A DNA stretch of 36,842 nucleotides, taken from positions 1-36,842 of the forward strand of contig JAUCBJ010008922.1 of the NCBI GenBank assembly GCA_032718475.1, given 5' to 3'. This DNA comes from Nemertoderma westbladi. Lineage: Eukaryota > Animalia > Xenacoelomorpha. Shown here piece after piece: positions 10,753 through 22,176 of the stretch. The first letter of the stretch is position 1, and each line of letters starts with the position of its first letter. The position numbers and the translations under genes were made by a program. Under the pieces are notes generated by a model, which did no database searches, was not told the DNA's origin, and saw nothing but the letters and a program-made list of their open reading frames with translations.

Positions 10753-13059
10753 ATGCAGCAAGATATGATGTTTCGCGCCGCACTTAGCACACTTCGCATC
10801 TGAGTAACAGGATTTCCCGGATTATGATCAGATCTGTATGGGATATCATTATCAACAGGCTTATAATTACCCTTAATAGGGTTTACTATAGGAGTTTCTA
10901 CTTCGCTAGCAGTATAGATGCGTGTAGGCTCCACACCTTGCGCATGAAATACTTCAGACCTAACGGGCTGACACATTGTTACAGGGGGTGGTGGTATACC
11001 CATTTGTATATTTACTAATTTATCGCGCTCTAGAGCGATACTTTGTTGTACTTCTTGCAGTTCTAACCTACTCTCTCTTACTGTTCCCTTTAACAGTTGA
11101 ACAGTCCCTTCCAATTCTCGGACTTGCTCGGAAGATTTGATTTTATTACCTTCCAGCTGTCTGAGCAACTGCTCCATCCCCCGCCGTGCTTCATCCATCC
11201 ACTCAACCGCGGAGTCGGGAGTTGCCAACGTAGTAGCTGGATGGCGCATCGGGATGACGGGAGACAATTTGTTTATAATGTCTTGCTCGGCATCCAGGAC
11301 TGTTTGGGATTCCGGCAATTGTCTACTGGGCACAGGTAGTTTTCTACTGTGCAAAGGGAACTTAGAGCTAGGTTCTTGAAGCAAAGGGGTCTCTAAAAAG
11401 GGAGTGGCTTCACTAACAGGCCTAATTATTTCGGGCTCATCTACTATAGTTGGGAGTCTTTCTACTCTAATAATTTGGTCTGTAGGTTCTTGATTACTTG
11501 AGTCTACATTAGCTAGTTGCCTTCTCACCGCAGGAGGCAAATTAGGTAACTTCTGCTGGTGTGGCGCTCTTCTACGTCCCCTTGAACGAGATTTATTACC
11601 TTTACCCTCGGGATCCATTGTATCACCTTCATCAGAGGAGGTAAATCCCTGTCTTCGGGGAGTAGATCGACTCAGTAGCTGCATCTGAGTAAGCTACTCT
11701 TTGTTTATTTAAGTAATCTTGTTTCGCCTGAAGGTTCTCCAACTCTAGTTGGGCTGTCGCTTCAGATGCCCTCCGTTCTGCTTCTGCCACTGCCGCTGCT
11801 GCTGCCTCCTTTCTTTCAGATTCTGCCACTGCCGCTGCCGCTTTTCTTTCAGCTTCTGCCGCTGCCGCCGCTGCTGCTAACCTTTGGTTTTCTATTTGCT
11901 TTTTCTTTATTTGTTCTTCTTGGTCCATTGCGATGAGGATGCTTTCATCAAATTTAGCCTGCTCTGCAGCTAATATTTCCGCATCTAAAGAATCCAACAC
12001 GAATTTGGCTCCCTCACTATTAGGGTGAAGTCCAGCTAGCCGTCTCCTTAGCTCTTTGTCACCTATAAATCGTTGATAATCCGACAGATAGATGTCAATA
12101 GCATCCTTCTTCTGAGGTTTTTCGGATTTCGCTTCGCCTTCCACATGAGAAAAGGTGGCCTCTGTTGATTCTCCGTGGGTTATGCACTCAGTTAGCTGAA
12201 CCTTCCATTGTGTCGTTCCCTGGACCTTAACATTCACTCGTTGGAACAAAGTCTTTACAGCCACTTGCAACGATGTGTCTTGGCTTCTCTTCGAGGCTTC
12301 CTCAAAGGATGAAAGGATTAATCTGATCCGCAAGATGCGTTCTCTCACTTGATAAAGCAGCTCTCCCTGCTCTTGAGGTCCTTGTGGTTGTTGAAATAAA
12401 TGTTCTTTCAGTCGTTCCAAGGAATTGAAGAATCCCTGGACATATCCTGCTCCTGACCTCTTCCATACAGCTGGATCTCGAGTGTCCCTTACTATCCCCA
12501 TTCGGTATAAGTCTTCCCAGGCAGCTTCTGATAAGTTAAATGGGAGTCCAGGTCCAGGGAAGTTCTATTGCATCTCTACAATAGACCTTAGTTCTTCCAT
12601 CGTGTATCCCGCATAACTGTCCCTGGTCGATCTCTTATTTCTCATCCAATCAGCTTGATGTTCCTCCACAGCTATCAATACTCTAGTGAGTACGGCCCCA
12701 GGAAGAATTAGAAGTGGATCTGGATAAACCGCTTCTTCCATCCTTGCTCCAATCTCGGGCGTTAACTCTTCAGTGTCGGAACTAGAGTTATTCTGCCGTT
12801 GAGAAATAAGTTCTCGGTTCGGGTGCTGTTGTTGTTTAACAGCCGTCTCTTGGTCTCGCTTAACTTGAGCCCTAGTGCCTATAATAGACCTATGGTGCTT
12901 TACTAGCCTAGGGTCTGATACCACTACTTTAGGGATAACCTTTCTCACAGTAGGAGGGGACTTAGACTTCGGTCTGAGATGTTCTATACTTTGATCTGGG
13001 TCACCGATCGTTCTTTCTAGGAGACTATCTGACAGTGTTTGCTTTATGTCAGACATCAT
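10753..13059 (-). pseudogene. gag-like region (coiled-coil, Ala/Glu-rich N-terminus); capsid core apparently deleted, last zinc knuckle retained
   Basis: ORFs 13059-12565 and 12501-11632 are in frame across one TAG, then shift into 11684-10719. CAKCGAKHHILLH (10791-10753) is in frame with the protease ORF. Confidence 0.8.
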
Positions 13060-14687
13060 TTATTTTACAGTTGAATGCCTACTACTATAATGACAGTTAA
13101 AGCAAGTCTAGGGGAAATCAGTATCAACTGTCAGCCTAGTAGTTACCGATATTACTTACCGATATTGCTTACTGTAAATACCGGTATTGTCAATTATTTA
13201 ATAATAACTGATTTTCTGAATTTTAGGGGTTACCTCCCTTTACTTTATTACTGATATTAAGCAGTAGTTCAACTGATATTAAGACCTTATTGATGTATAA
13301 CAGGCTTACTGATTTATAAATCTGATTGAGTTGATTTATAAATATATATATATATACCCGTAATGGGTTTTGACAATATTTGAAATAAATGTTATTATTT
13401 CTGGATAAGAAATCACTACACAGAAGCTGAACGCTCTCAGTGGAGTGCTACTTGTTATACACTAATACGGATAATTCTACTTAACTAAGGTACTTATCAC
13501 TACAAATTACTTACGAATCGGGTTGAGATTACACAATCTAAATAAACAATAAACAAGTTATACGTACAATTTTTTAGGGTAATTTAACAAGAAATCTACG
13601 AACCAGACTAACAAGGAGTTAGAATTTCTGGTTCTTACAAACTGACAGGAAATTATGGTAGTTGAAACCAATAAAGTAGTAGTAAGTAAGTTGCGTTGTC
13701 CAGATAAGGAAATACCACCATCTGACGACGTATAGTCTTAAACTATAAGTACTACGTTATGTACCTGGAGTGTCCTATACCTAGAGGTTAATTATCGAAG
13801 CCAACCAGAGCTAACGGACCTATTAACCACATTACAACACAAGTATACTGCCTACACACTAAATTACTTTCGGAAAGCACTGTACTCTAAACCCTAAATT
13901 AGGTACAAGTACTTATACAACAAATAACCAGCAGTTAAATATACGTGAACAGCCAAAAGAACCACGGTATCTGCTGGAGTGACCGGAGCACAAAATCACC
14001 AGTCTTTACCTACGCCAAGCAGCCCTGATGTAGTACCGTGGTTAATTTAACTATAATGGTATGTATAACAAGCACAATTACTGTAGGAATAAACTTGGGG
14101 AGTTGGAGGTTGCGAATACTCGCATAAACTCTGAATAATAAATATTACGCTACCCGCACAGACAATTCAAATAAAACACAGACCAAATGCTGGCAGACTA
14201 TTGTCAAGCCTAAATAAACTACAGTATATGCAAACTCCGAAATGGTTAGTTAGTAGGCATTCTAACCAAGTAGTACGGCTTATTATTTCGTAGAGGATTT
14301 ACCTTACAGCACTGGATGTCTCCACCTTCCTAACTAGCACTTTATCGGACAGACACTCTACATACACTGCAATCGCCTCAGACCTAACAACAGTTAGACA
14401 ACAATCCGGCCTACAAATTATTTATACAATCTGAGCAGGCTTACACGCCTTCTGCTCAATATTACACTTACGGATAAATAAAACTGACAGAAATAAGTAA
14501 AATCCCAATAAAAACCAGGGCTGCAGTCCCCGATTAAATATTAAGACCTAGCAGTATAGAATTATCGCAATCGAAATAATACTGCTGTACCTGTAAGTAC
14601 CGGTTCGGATCAGGCCTACAGTTTACCGTCCTACCAGTACATTCGACTTTATTGCCTACTGCGCAATAAAGAACCAAAATCTATTAA
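13060..14687 (-). other. Long (~1.6 kb) 5' leader of the BEL/Pao element
   Basis: No long ORF between the LTR end and the gag ATG. It contains short repeats (TTACCGATATT / ACTGATATTAAG, ~13140-13340) and stems such as ACCACGGTA/TACCGTGGT (13961-14042), AGCAGTAT/ATACTGCT and CTTTATTGC/GCAATAAAG (14647-14671). Confidence 0.65.
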
Positions 14688-15070
14688 TGTTCGCGCTTTC
14701 AGACCTTTAGCAGTTTAACCTGCCAATTTTAATTGTCCTCTTGTTTATAAATCGACTTTAGGCCTTACCAATTACCTTGTGTACTGAAGTTACATCTGCC
14801 GAAGCCAGTCCGTGCCCGGCGTATGACCCACGGTGTGGGAGACTGGATTCGGGTTCCTTGGGAAGTATTGCAGTGTAGAACTACTCTGTATTATTCGATT
14901 GATCACTACTATATAATCTCTGACAACTATATTTACTTTCGGGGAAATATTAACAGTTCCTTTAGGACGTGGCGCTTTAAGTATAAAAACAGAGTTATGA
15001 CTTATACTAATCACAACTAGATGGCCACAGAGTTTTGTAAATAGCGCATTCTTTAGGAGATGCTTTATTA

Positions 15071-15132
15071 ACCTTCACACTACTTCACACGACTTCACAC
15101 TACTTCACACTACTTTACACTACTTCACACTA
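15071..15132. repeat. 10-bp tandem repeat (TACTTCACAC) x~6 inside the LTR
   Basis: Directly visible; absent from the LTR copy at 25200-26174. Confidence 0.9.
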
Positions 15133-15603
15133 ATTTGCCGACCGTCACTGAATTTGATCATATATAAGGAGGATTGCAACTGACACACATAGGGATTATG
15201 AAATAGCATTTAATTCACACAAAACCACTATAATTTAAGTCGCAGTTGCTACCGGTATACTCTTTTCCTCTTACCTCAGTAATCAATAAGATTGAGGGGT
15301 TTATGATTATTTATCGGTATTCTCCAAATATAACATCCATTAATATAACAAGAATTAATACTATATAAAACAGAAGTAAAATAGTGCAGTGATTCAGTGA
15401 TTCAGTTGTATGAAATGAGTTAAGTTAATAGATTTACATTCCTATAACCAAGGCCATCAGATGTTCCCGGGCCAAAGTCTGAAACTTCCGTACAGAAGCA
15501 CAGAATTCTGAGCTGAATCTAATTCTCAGAAAAATAATAACCATCATGCATTGCGCGAGTTTCTCAGGTAGGTCTCTGTTAGCTGTAAAGTGAAAATCGC
15601 TCC

Positions 15604-15613
15604 GATTGGCTGA
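15604..15613 (-). promoter_or_regulatory. CCAAT (NF-Y-like) box in the presumed U3
   Basis: TCAGCCAATC on the minus strand; GATTGG is conserved in all three LTR copies (15604, 16110, 26057). Confidence 0.5.
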
Positions 15614-15869
15614 ATAAGACAGAACAAAGAAACCTCCACGTCCACAGAGAATCAGCTGATAGATTTCGTCATCCCGGCTCTAATTCCTTTCCGACGCGTA
15701 GTTGAATAATTTTAGGGCTATTTTAGAGTATTCTGCGCATTGCGTAAAAATGACTTGTTATGTCCACAAAAGCTTTTACAAGACTGCTCTGGGTATTACG
15801 TTGCCACGAGTTAGGGCGAGATCTTTCTAACGAGATATAGTTAGCGAGATTTCATCGAGATTAGAGAAG

Positions 15870-16284
15870 TGCGGTGAAATGAGTATGCGATGAAATCAGA
15901 AGTCAGTTTGTGTCGTGTGATACGAAATGTGCAATGCCATGTTAATAGATTTGCGTTCTTATGACTCTCTTAGGCCACTGATAATAGGGCAAAGTCAGAA
16001 CAGTCAGAACATCAGAATGAATGAATTCTGAATGAAGGAATTCGCAGAATTTTGCCGCATTGCGTCATTTCTTATAGGCCACTGAGCACAGGGGAAGGGA
16101 AATCGCTCTGATTGGCTGAATATGTCAACAACAAAGCAGATTCTTCACACAAAGAAACAGCTGGTAGATTTTGTCATCCCAGCTCTGAGTTTTTGACAGA
16201 CACGTAGTTGCATAAGCCATAGGCCTTTTAGAGTATTTAGCGCATTGCTCAAAATGACTTATTTTGTCCACAAAAGTTTTTACA
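15870..16284 (-). repeat. Partial, diverged LTR (U3-side portion) of a related family directly upstream of the 5' LTR
   Basis: 15941-16284 aligns by eye with 15424-15780 (GTTAATAGATTT, GATTGGCTGAATA, GTCATCCC, GCGCATTGC, GTCCACAAAAG.TTTTACA). The left boundary is approximate. Confidence 0.75.
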
Positions 16285-16339
16285 GTAATGCCTCGGCAAC
16301 CAAATTTGGATACATACACTCATGAGCATGTGGACGACT

Positions 16340-16932
16340 TCTGTTATTCCGACTTGTAAATGGTTGTTATAAAGGTATTTTTAAGAAAATGGTCGATAAA
16401 ATTATAGATTCAAAAGATCATCCGTTGCATAAATCGTTGTTAGCACATACCTCTAGAAATGCCTCAACTAGGAACAATTTTGCCATATCTTACTGTCGTA
16501 CTCACAATTATAGAAACTCTTTTATACCAACTGCACTGCGTTTTTTGAACAAGCCGGAAACTTTACAATATTTGTAGTAACAATATTGGTATTACATCTT
16601 TTCGGCCACAGTACCGTGTTTTACTTTGATTATCTTTTTTTTTAGAAAATACCGTTTTCATTTTTTTTCATTTTTTTATTTGACTAGTATAATTCTAATT
16701 TTTGTAATATCTGCATCATTATATGAACTCATTTCCTGCCATATATAGTGTTTATATATCGGCCTTATATGAACTGTCCCAACTTGATGAATATTATAGT
16801 ACTTAATGATTGGTTCGATTTTAGCTCTTAAAGTGTGCATATTTTAATTAACATTTTGAAATTTTTAATCGATCACGGTAATAGAACTTAATCTACATAG
16901 CGTATTTTATAATCACATACATAAATAAATAA
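16340..16932 (+). mobile_element. 5'-truncated LINE 3' end (Rex1/Babar-like ORF2 C-terminus plus 3' UTR)
   Basis: KIIDSKDHPLH...CRTHNYRNSFIPTALRFLN, then a T-rich UTR ending in ATAAATAAATAA. Confidence 0.7.
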
Positions 16933-16934
16933 TT

Positions 16935-17470
16935 ACCTGGGATCGTGGATTCGGAAGTCAGATAGGACCTCCGAATAAGTAATGGAAAGACATGGGCAGC
17001 TTGAATGGGTTTTTCAGCATAAGTCATACAGAATACGTCGGAAAATTAAGAACCGATTATTTAGAGCAGCAGTAGTTCCAGTACTCCTCTATGGGTGTCC
17101 ATGCTGGGCTCTAACTGCTTCGGACACCAATTGTCTGGGTGGCACATTCACAAGAATGCTGCGTCGGGTTCACTGTGTCAAGTACAATGCACACATCTCC
17201 AACCAGACACTATATAATATTGGAGGTGTCTCACTGGTTCCCCTAAAGTTGACACTTGAGCAAAGCCGCCTCCGCTTTGCAGGACATTGTTTTCGCCGTG
17301 AGGACCACCCTGTGCACAATCTTGTGCTTTGGCAGCCCCATGGAGAAAATAAGCATGGTGGACAGCCCATGACTTTCTTGAGATGCCTTTTAAAGGACAG
17401 TTGAAGATGCGGATAATCTCTCGAAAGTCATGGGGGATAGGGAGTTGTGGTGGTGAAACATAGATAATAA
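16935..17470 (+). mobile_element. RTE-like LINE fragment (region C-terminal to RT)
   Basis: KNRLFRAAVVPVLLYGCPCWALT, TRMLRRV, HISN..LY, RLRFAGHCFR, LVLWQP. Confidence 0.8.
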
Positions 17471-17631
17471 GCCGGCATAGTTGAGTTTACTAGGCGAATC
17501 TGCCCCCCCCCCCCCCCCCCCCCATCTCTATAGACTTGCAGTGTATTAATACTGTAGTAGGCCTAGCGTACCGTACAGCACTTAAACTTGGATTTATTGG
17601 TTTAATTTTTTGGTTTGGTTAGGGTTATTGT

Positions 17632-17817
17632 TGGTCAGGCCCAAAGCTTTATTAAAACTCGTGTAACCCTAACTCAAGTCATGAGACTCTAATCTAAGAT
17701 ATTTTGTGTAATTTTGGACCCGTAATGTCCGAAATTTCTGAAAATTTATTAGATTAGAACCTCATGACTTAGGGTTAGGGTTACATGACAGTTTTAATTA
17801 GGGTTTCTGACAGCCAC
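17632..17817. repeat. Short foldback/MITE-like element with TTAGGG-like units in its arms
   Basis: TAAAACTCGTGTAACCCTAACTCAAGTCATGAG..TCTAATCTAA is inverted to TTAGATTAGA..CTCATGACTTAGGGTTAGGGTTACATGACAGTTTTA. Confidence 0.75.
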
Positions 17818-18745
17818 TCTCGATATCTGAGGTGAAATTGCTTTGGGGGCGGGGGGGGGGGGGGCGCATATGACTCTCGGCGAACTTGCACGGCGGGGGG
17901 GGGGGGGGGGCATTTAAATCTAATCTCCTGCAGGCCTTACCGAAGGCCCTACTCAATGCAGCTTGGAATGCAGTATTGCTGCTGGAAATAACATTTTATC
18001 AATCTTCATCATCATTAATGTAATTAATTATAGTGTCAAAAGATGCGCAAGACTCGCCACTTTCAATTCATATCAGCCATGTGTAAAATGATTTATTGTG
18101 TGTTTGAATCGATCGAACATTACTGTCCATAGAAACACCAAGATAAGAAATAAAATCACGTTAGTGACATCAAATCCGTAGCAGCCAACACAGCCAATTC
18201 TCTAATATGGCTTCCCATGCTTACTTAAACCCGCCCTTTCGACCGTATCCTCGTATTTTTACAAAAGACACACCCCGCCACTCAGTTGAGTTTGTTTAAA
18301 TGAATGTTAGTGAATGTTATTTATTACCAATATACATACAACATATACACCAACATATACGGTACTGTATATAATAACAAACACATAATATATATAGTAT
18401 CTACAGTAGGTAAAGGAGGGCAGCCAAATAGAAAAGCTAGTAAACGGCAAGTTTGTTGAGTGCACCTTGTTACCCCTTATTCAATTGTTTCTAGCCCAAC
18501 AATTTTTTCGCGCACCAACACTATTGAAAGGCTTGAAATATGGGATATTTGGATCGGCAGACATACAGTAGTATCACTTTATAATTAGAATTGGCAATTT
18601 ATTTTGGATGAGCCAACTTTTGAGCCATTTTCATTCAATTTAAAATAACTGTTTAAAAAATTATTTTTTTTATAATATTTTTTCACATAAGACTATATAC
18701 CAAAAGCTCACTGGATGACTTCGTTGCTGGATAACTCTCCTCAGC

Positions 18746-20035
18746 TTAGGGAGTCCTGTGTTTCATATAGAAAATATAGATAAGGAAGCTCAAAATAAAT
18801 GGAATACCAAACAAGCTAACTATGGAAGTTGCAACAGAAAATCCATATAAATCGTTGAAGGCACCTCCGATTACTGGTCCGCTAATGTGACCAAAAACGT
18901 AAGCTGCACGACTTCCCACCTGTAGCGTTGTGCAAGTGTTTACATCGTCGGACATAGCCAGCCTGCTTTGCACGCCAATACTGGAAGTTGTTGTTAAACC
19001 CAGCGCAATACCTAAAAGAATACAGCCGATAATTGAAAGAATAAAGCTCGCCTGTTGGTTGGAGGTGAGTTGTAGCAAAGGTGAAGGCCCAACAAGGATC
19101 ATACCCAGAATAAGAGCACAGTAACCGCTTACAGCGATAGGAGTTGGATTGAAATGGGGAAAGCGTTGCATTAGAGAGCTAAGTATTAACCCTATGGGAG
19201 TAGCTGTTATTGGGTCAATTAGGAATATGCCTCCAATGGCAACTTGACTCGATTTATAAGCTGCAAACAGATGAGATGCATACGCAACGCCAAAGAAACG
19301 GTAGCATTGACCAAGGTGAACCTGTAAGAAGCCGATTGATAAAATGCCCACATTTTTGTAGACGCCAAACCCATTGTTGCTCCCTCTGGCGACAGCGCTT
19401 TCGATGTTATGGGGAGACTCAATTAGGCAATAGATGGTGGATAAAGCGAGAAGAGACGCAAATATTAAAAACGGTGCCTCGAAACCAAAAGTACTGTACA
19501 TCACTGAACCGAAAATCGGTGCGATCATTCCAGCCACCGAGCCCATGATAAGGGAGAACCCGGCAAAAAACACTCTATGTCCCGGGAATAATTCCATTAT
19601 CAGACTGTAGGTGTAGATTAAAGTGACTGTAACTCCGAAACTGTTTATACTCCGTAGGATAAAACAGACGACAATGTAGACGACGTTGTTGGTTATAAGG
19701 TCGACAAGACTGAATCCAGCAATCCCCAAGATGCCGCCGAAACTGCAAACGCCGTATACGAACAAGGAACTCCATCGAGGTATTCGCATTGATAGTAATA
19801 GAAATACTAACAACATGGTGATTGAGTACGTAGAGGAGAGGGCGCCAATAAGAGTTCGAGACCATCCTCGTTGTTCTCTTACCACGATTGGGAAGAATGT
19901 ATCGGGTAGGTAGAGACACATAGCAGGTATACCTTGGTAAATGCTCAGTAAGATACCCAAGACTATTTTCCGTTTAGTGCAATTGGATTGGGTATCAGCA
20001 GGTAGGACTACGCGTTCATACGTTGTTTCAACCAT
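18746..20035 (-). CDS. Major facilitator superfamily transporter, SLC18B1/vesicular amine transporter-like, intronless (~429 aa from ATG at 20035)
   Basis: Uninterrupted ORF with ~12 hydrophobic segments in a 6+6 arrangement. Motifs FFP, MELFP, G.AGMIAPIFGSVMYSTFGFEAPF, LVGPSPLL and GPVIGGAFNDLYGF are typical of SLC18B1-like proteins. Confidence 0.85.
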   Translation of the reverse strand: MVETTYERVVLPADTQSNCTKRKIVLGILLSIYQGIPAMCLYLPDTFFPIVVREQRGWSRTLIGALSSTYSITMLLVFLLLSMRIPRWSSLFVYGVCSFGGILGIAGFSLVDLITNNVVYIVVCFILRSINSFGVTVTLIYTYSLIMELFPGHRVFFAGFSLIMGSVAGMIAPIFGSVMYSTFGFEAPFLIFASLLALSTIYCLIESPHNIESAVARGSNNGFGVYKNVGILSIGFLQVHLGQCYRFFGVAYASHLFAAYKSSQVAIGGIFLIDPITATPIGLILSSLMQRFPHFNPTPIAVSGYCALILGMILVGPSPLLQLTSNQQASFILSIIGCILLGIALGLTTTSSIGVQSRLAMSDDVNTCTTLQVGSRAAYVFGHISGPVIGGAFNDLYGFSVATSIVSLFGIPFILSFLIYIFYMKHRTP

Positions 20036-20106
20036 GATGGTCAAAAGGTTTAGTAAATCCTCTTAAAAGTCTTGTAAATCATGAAAACAATTATACAAAA
20101 ACAATT

Positions 20107-22176
20107 AACCGGATATTTTTCCGGACAGTATTTTCCCGGATAGTACTGTATGTTCCAAGACAGTATGTTTCCGAACTGTATGTACCCAGAAAGTAAAGTA
20201 TGTTCCGGGACTGTATTTTCCCGGCCAGTATGTTCCCGGAAAGTATGTTCCTAGACAGTATGTTCCCGGACAGATGTTCCTGGATAGTATGTTTCCGGAC
20301 TGTATGTACCCAGAAAGTAACGTATGTTCCGGGAATGTATGTTCACGGCAAGTATTTTCCCGGACGGTATGTTCCTGGACAGTATGTTCCCAGACAGTTT
20401 ATTCCTAGACAGTATGTTCCCGGACAGTATGTTCCTGGATAGTATGTTTCCGAACTGTATGTACCCAGAAAGTAAAGTATGTTCCGGGACTGTATGTTCC
20501 CGGCCAGTATGTTCCCGGAAAGTATGTTCCTAGACAGTATGTTCCCGGACAGTTTGTTCCTGGACAGTATGTTGCCGGACAGTATGTTCCTGGAAAGTAT
20601 GTTCCCAGACTGTATGTTACCGGACAGTATGTTCCTGGACCGTATGTTCCTGGACAGTATGTTCCCGGCCAGTATGTTCCTGGACAGTATGTTCCCAGAC
20701 AGTATGTTCCTGGACAGTATGTTCCAGGACAGTATATTCCCGGACAGTATGTTCCTGGATAGTATGTTTCCGGACTGTATGTACCCAGAAAGTAACGTAT
20801 GTTCCGGGAATGTATGTTCACGGCAAGTATTTTCCCTGACGGTATGTTCCTGGACAGTATGTTCCCAGACAGTTTATTCCTAGACAGTATGTTCCCGGAC
20901 AGTATGTTCCTGGACAGTATGTTCCTGGACCGTATATTCCTGGATAGTATGCTACCGGACAGAATGGTCCCGGACATTATGTTCCTGGACAGTATGTTTC
21001 CGAACTGTATGTACCCAGAAAGTAAATTATGTTCCGGGACTGTATGTTCCCGGCCAGTATGTTCCCGGACAGTATGTTCCTGGACTGTATGTTCCCAGAC
21101 AGTATGTTCCTGGACAGTATGTTCCCGGACAGTATATTCTCAGAAAGTATGTTCCTGGACAGTATGTTTCCGGACTGTATGTACCCAGGAAGTAAAGTAT
21201 GTTCCGGGACAGTATGTTCCCGGACAGTTTGTTCCTGGACATATGTTCACAGACAGTATATTCCTGGAGAGTATGTTCCCGGACAGTATATTCCCGGACA
21301 GTATGTACCTGGACAGTATGTTCCCGGCCAGTATGTTCCCGGACAGTTTGTTCCTGGACAGTATGTTCCCGGACAGTATATTCCCGGACAGTATGTTCCT
21401 GGACAGTATGTTCCCGGACAGTATATTCCCGGACAGTATGTTCCTGGACAGTATGTTCCTGGACAGTATATTCACAGACAGTATGTTACCGGACAGTATG
21501 TTCCTGGACCGTATGTTCCTGGATAGTATGCTACCGGACAGAATGGTCCCGGACATTATGTTCCTGGACAGTATGTTTCCGAACTGTATGTACATAGAAA
21601 GTAAATTATGTTCCGGGACTGTATGTTCCCGGCCAGTATGTTCCTGGACAGTATGTTCCTGGACAGTATGTTCCTGGACAGTATGTTCCCAGACAGTATG
21701 TTCCTGGGCAGTATGTTCCCGGACAGTATATTCCCAGACAGTATGTTCCTGGACAGTATGTTTCCGGACTGTATGTTCCTAGACAGTATGTTTCCGGACT
21801 GTATGTACCCAGAAAGTAAAGTATGTTCCGGGAATGTATGTTCACGGCAAGTATGTTCCCGGAAATTATGTTCCCGGACAGTATATTCTCAGACAGTATG
21901 TTCCCGGACAGTATGTTCTCGGGCAGTATATTCTCAGACAGTATGTTCCCGGACAGTATGTTCCCGGACAGTATATTCTCAGACAGTATGTTCCCGGACA
22001 GTATGTTCCCGGACAGTATATTCTCAGACAGTATGTTCCTGGACAGTATATTCCCGGACAGTATGTTCCTGGACAGTATGTTCCCGGATAGTATGTTCCC
22101 GGACATTATGTTCCCAGACAGTAAATTCTCAGACAGTATGTTCCCGGACAGCATGTTTCCGGACTGTATGTTCCTA
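20107..22176. repeat. 15-bp satellite (CAGTATGTTCCCGGA) with higher-order structure
   Basis: ~2 kb tandem array. The variant block GTATGTACCCAGAAAGTAA recurs at about 20178, 20302, 20457, 20777, 21007, 21177, 21587 and 21801. Confidence 0.97.

Larger units (their letters stand above)
1..15780 (-). mobile_element. Large degenerate BEL/Pao LTR retrotransposon (5' LTR, leader, gag-pol, spacer, extra ORF); 3' end lies left of the window
   Basis: Domain order gag-PR-RT-RNaseH-IN with BEL/Pao-typical motifs (CxxCxxxHHxLLH, LLDSGS, RVVFDGSA, YIDD, LHVFGDAS, NPADIASRG, GMDLFGP, PWWGGSWERLIRSVK). A TG...CA LTR lies upstream. I found no second LTR copy between base 1 and 6030. Confidence 0.92.
14688..15780 (-). 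repeat. 5' LTR (~1093 bp) of the BEL/Pao element
   Basis: Begins TGTTCGCG and ends TTTTACA on the + strand. Similarity to the copy at 25200 starts at this TG, and similarity to the copy ending at 16284 stops exactly at this CA. It lies directly upstream of gag. Confidence 0.75.

Noticed and set aside
6803-12616. Plus-strand ORFs overlapping gag-pol
   Set aside because: Short antisense shadows of the coding strand with no recognisable motifs.
14661-14676. TGGTTCTTTATTGCGC as a tRNA primer-binding site
   Set aside because: It starts about 12 nt from the LTR end, matches a tRNA-Tyr-type PBS only in the first few bases and overlaps a local hairpin.
14790-15020. Short ORFs on both strands within the LTR
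   Set aside because: The frames are not preserved in the homologous LTR copy at 25200-26174.
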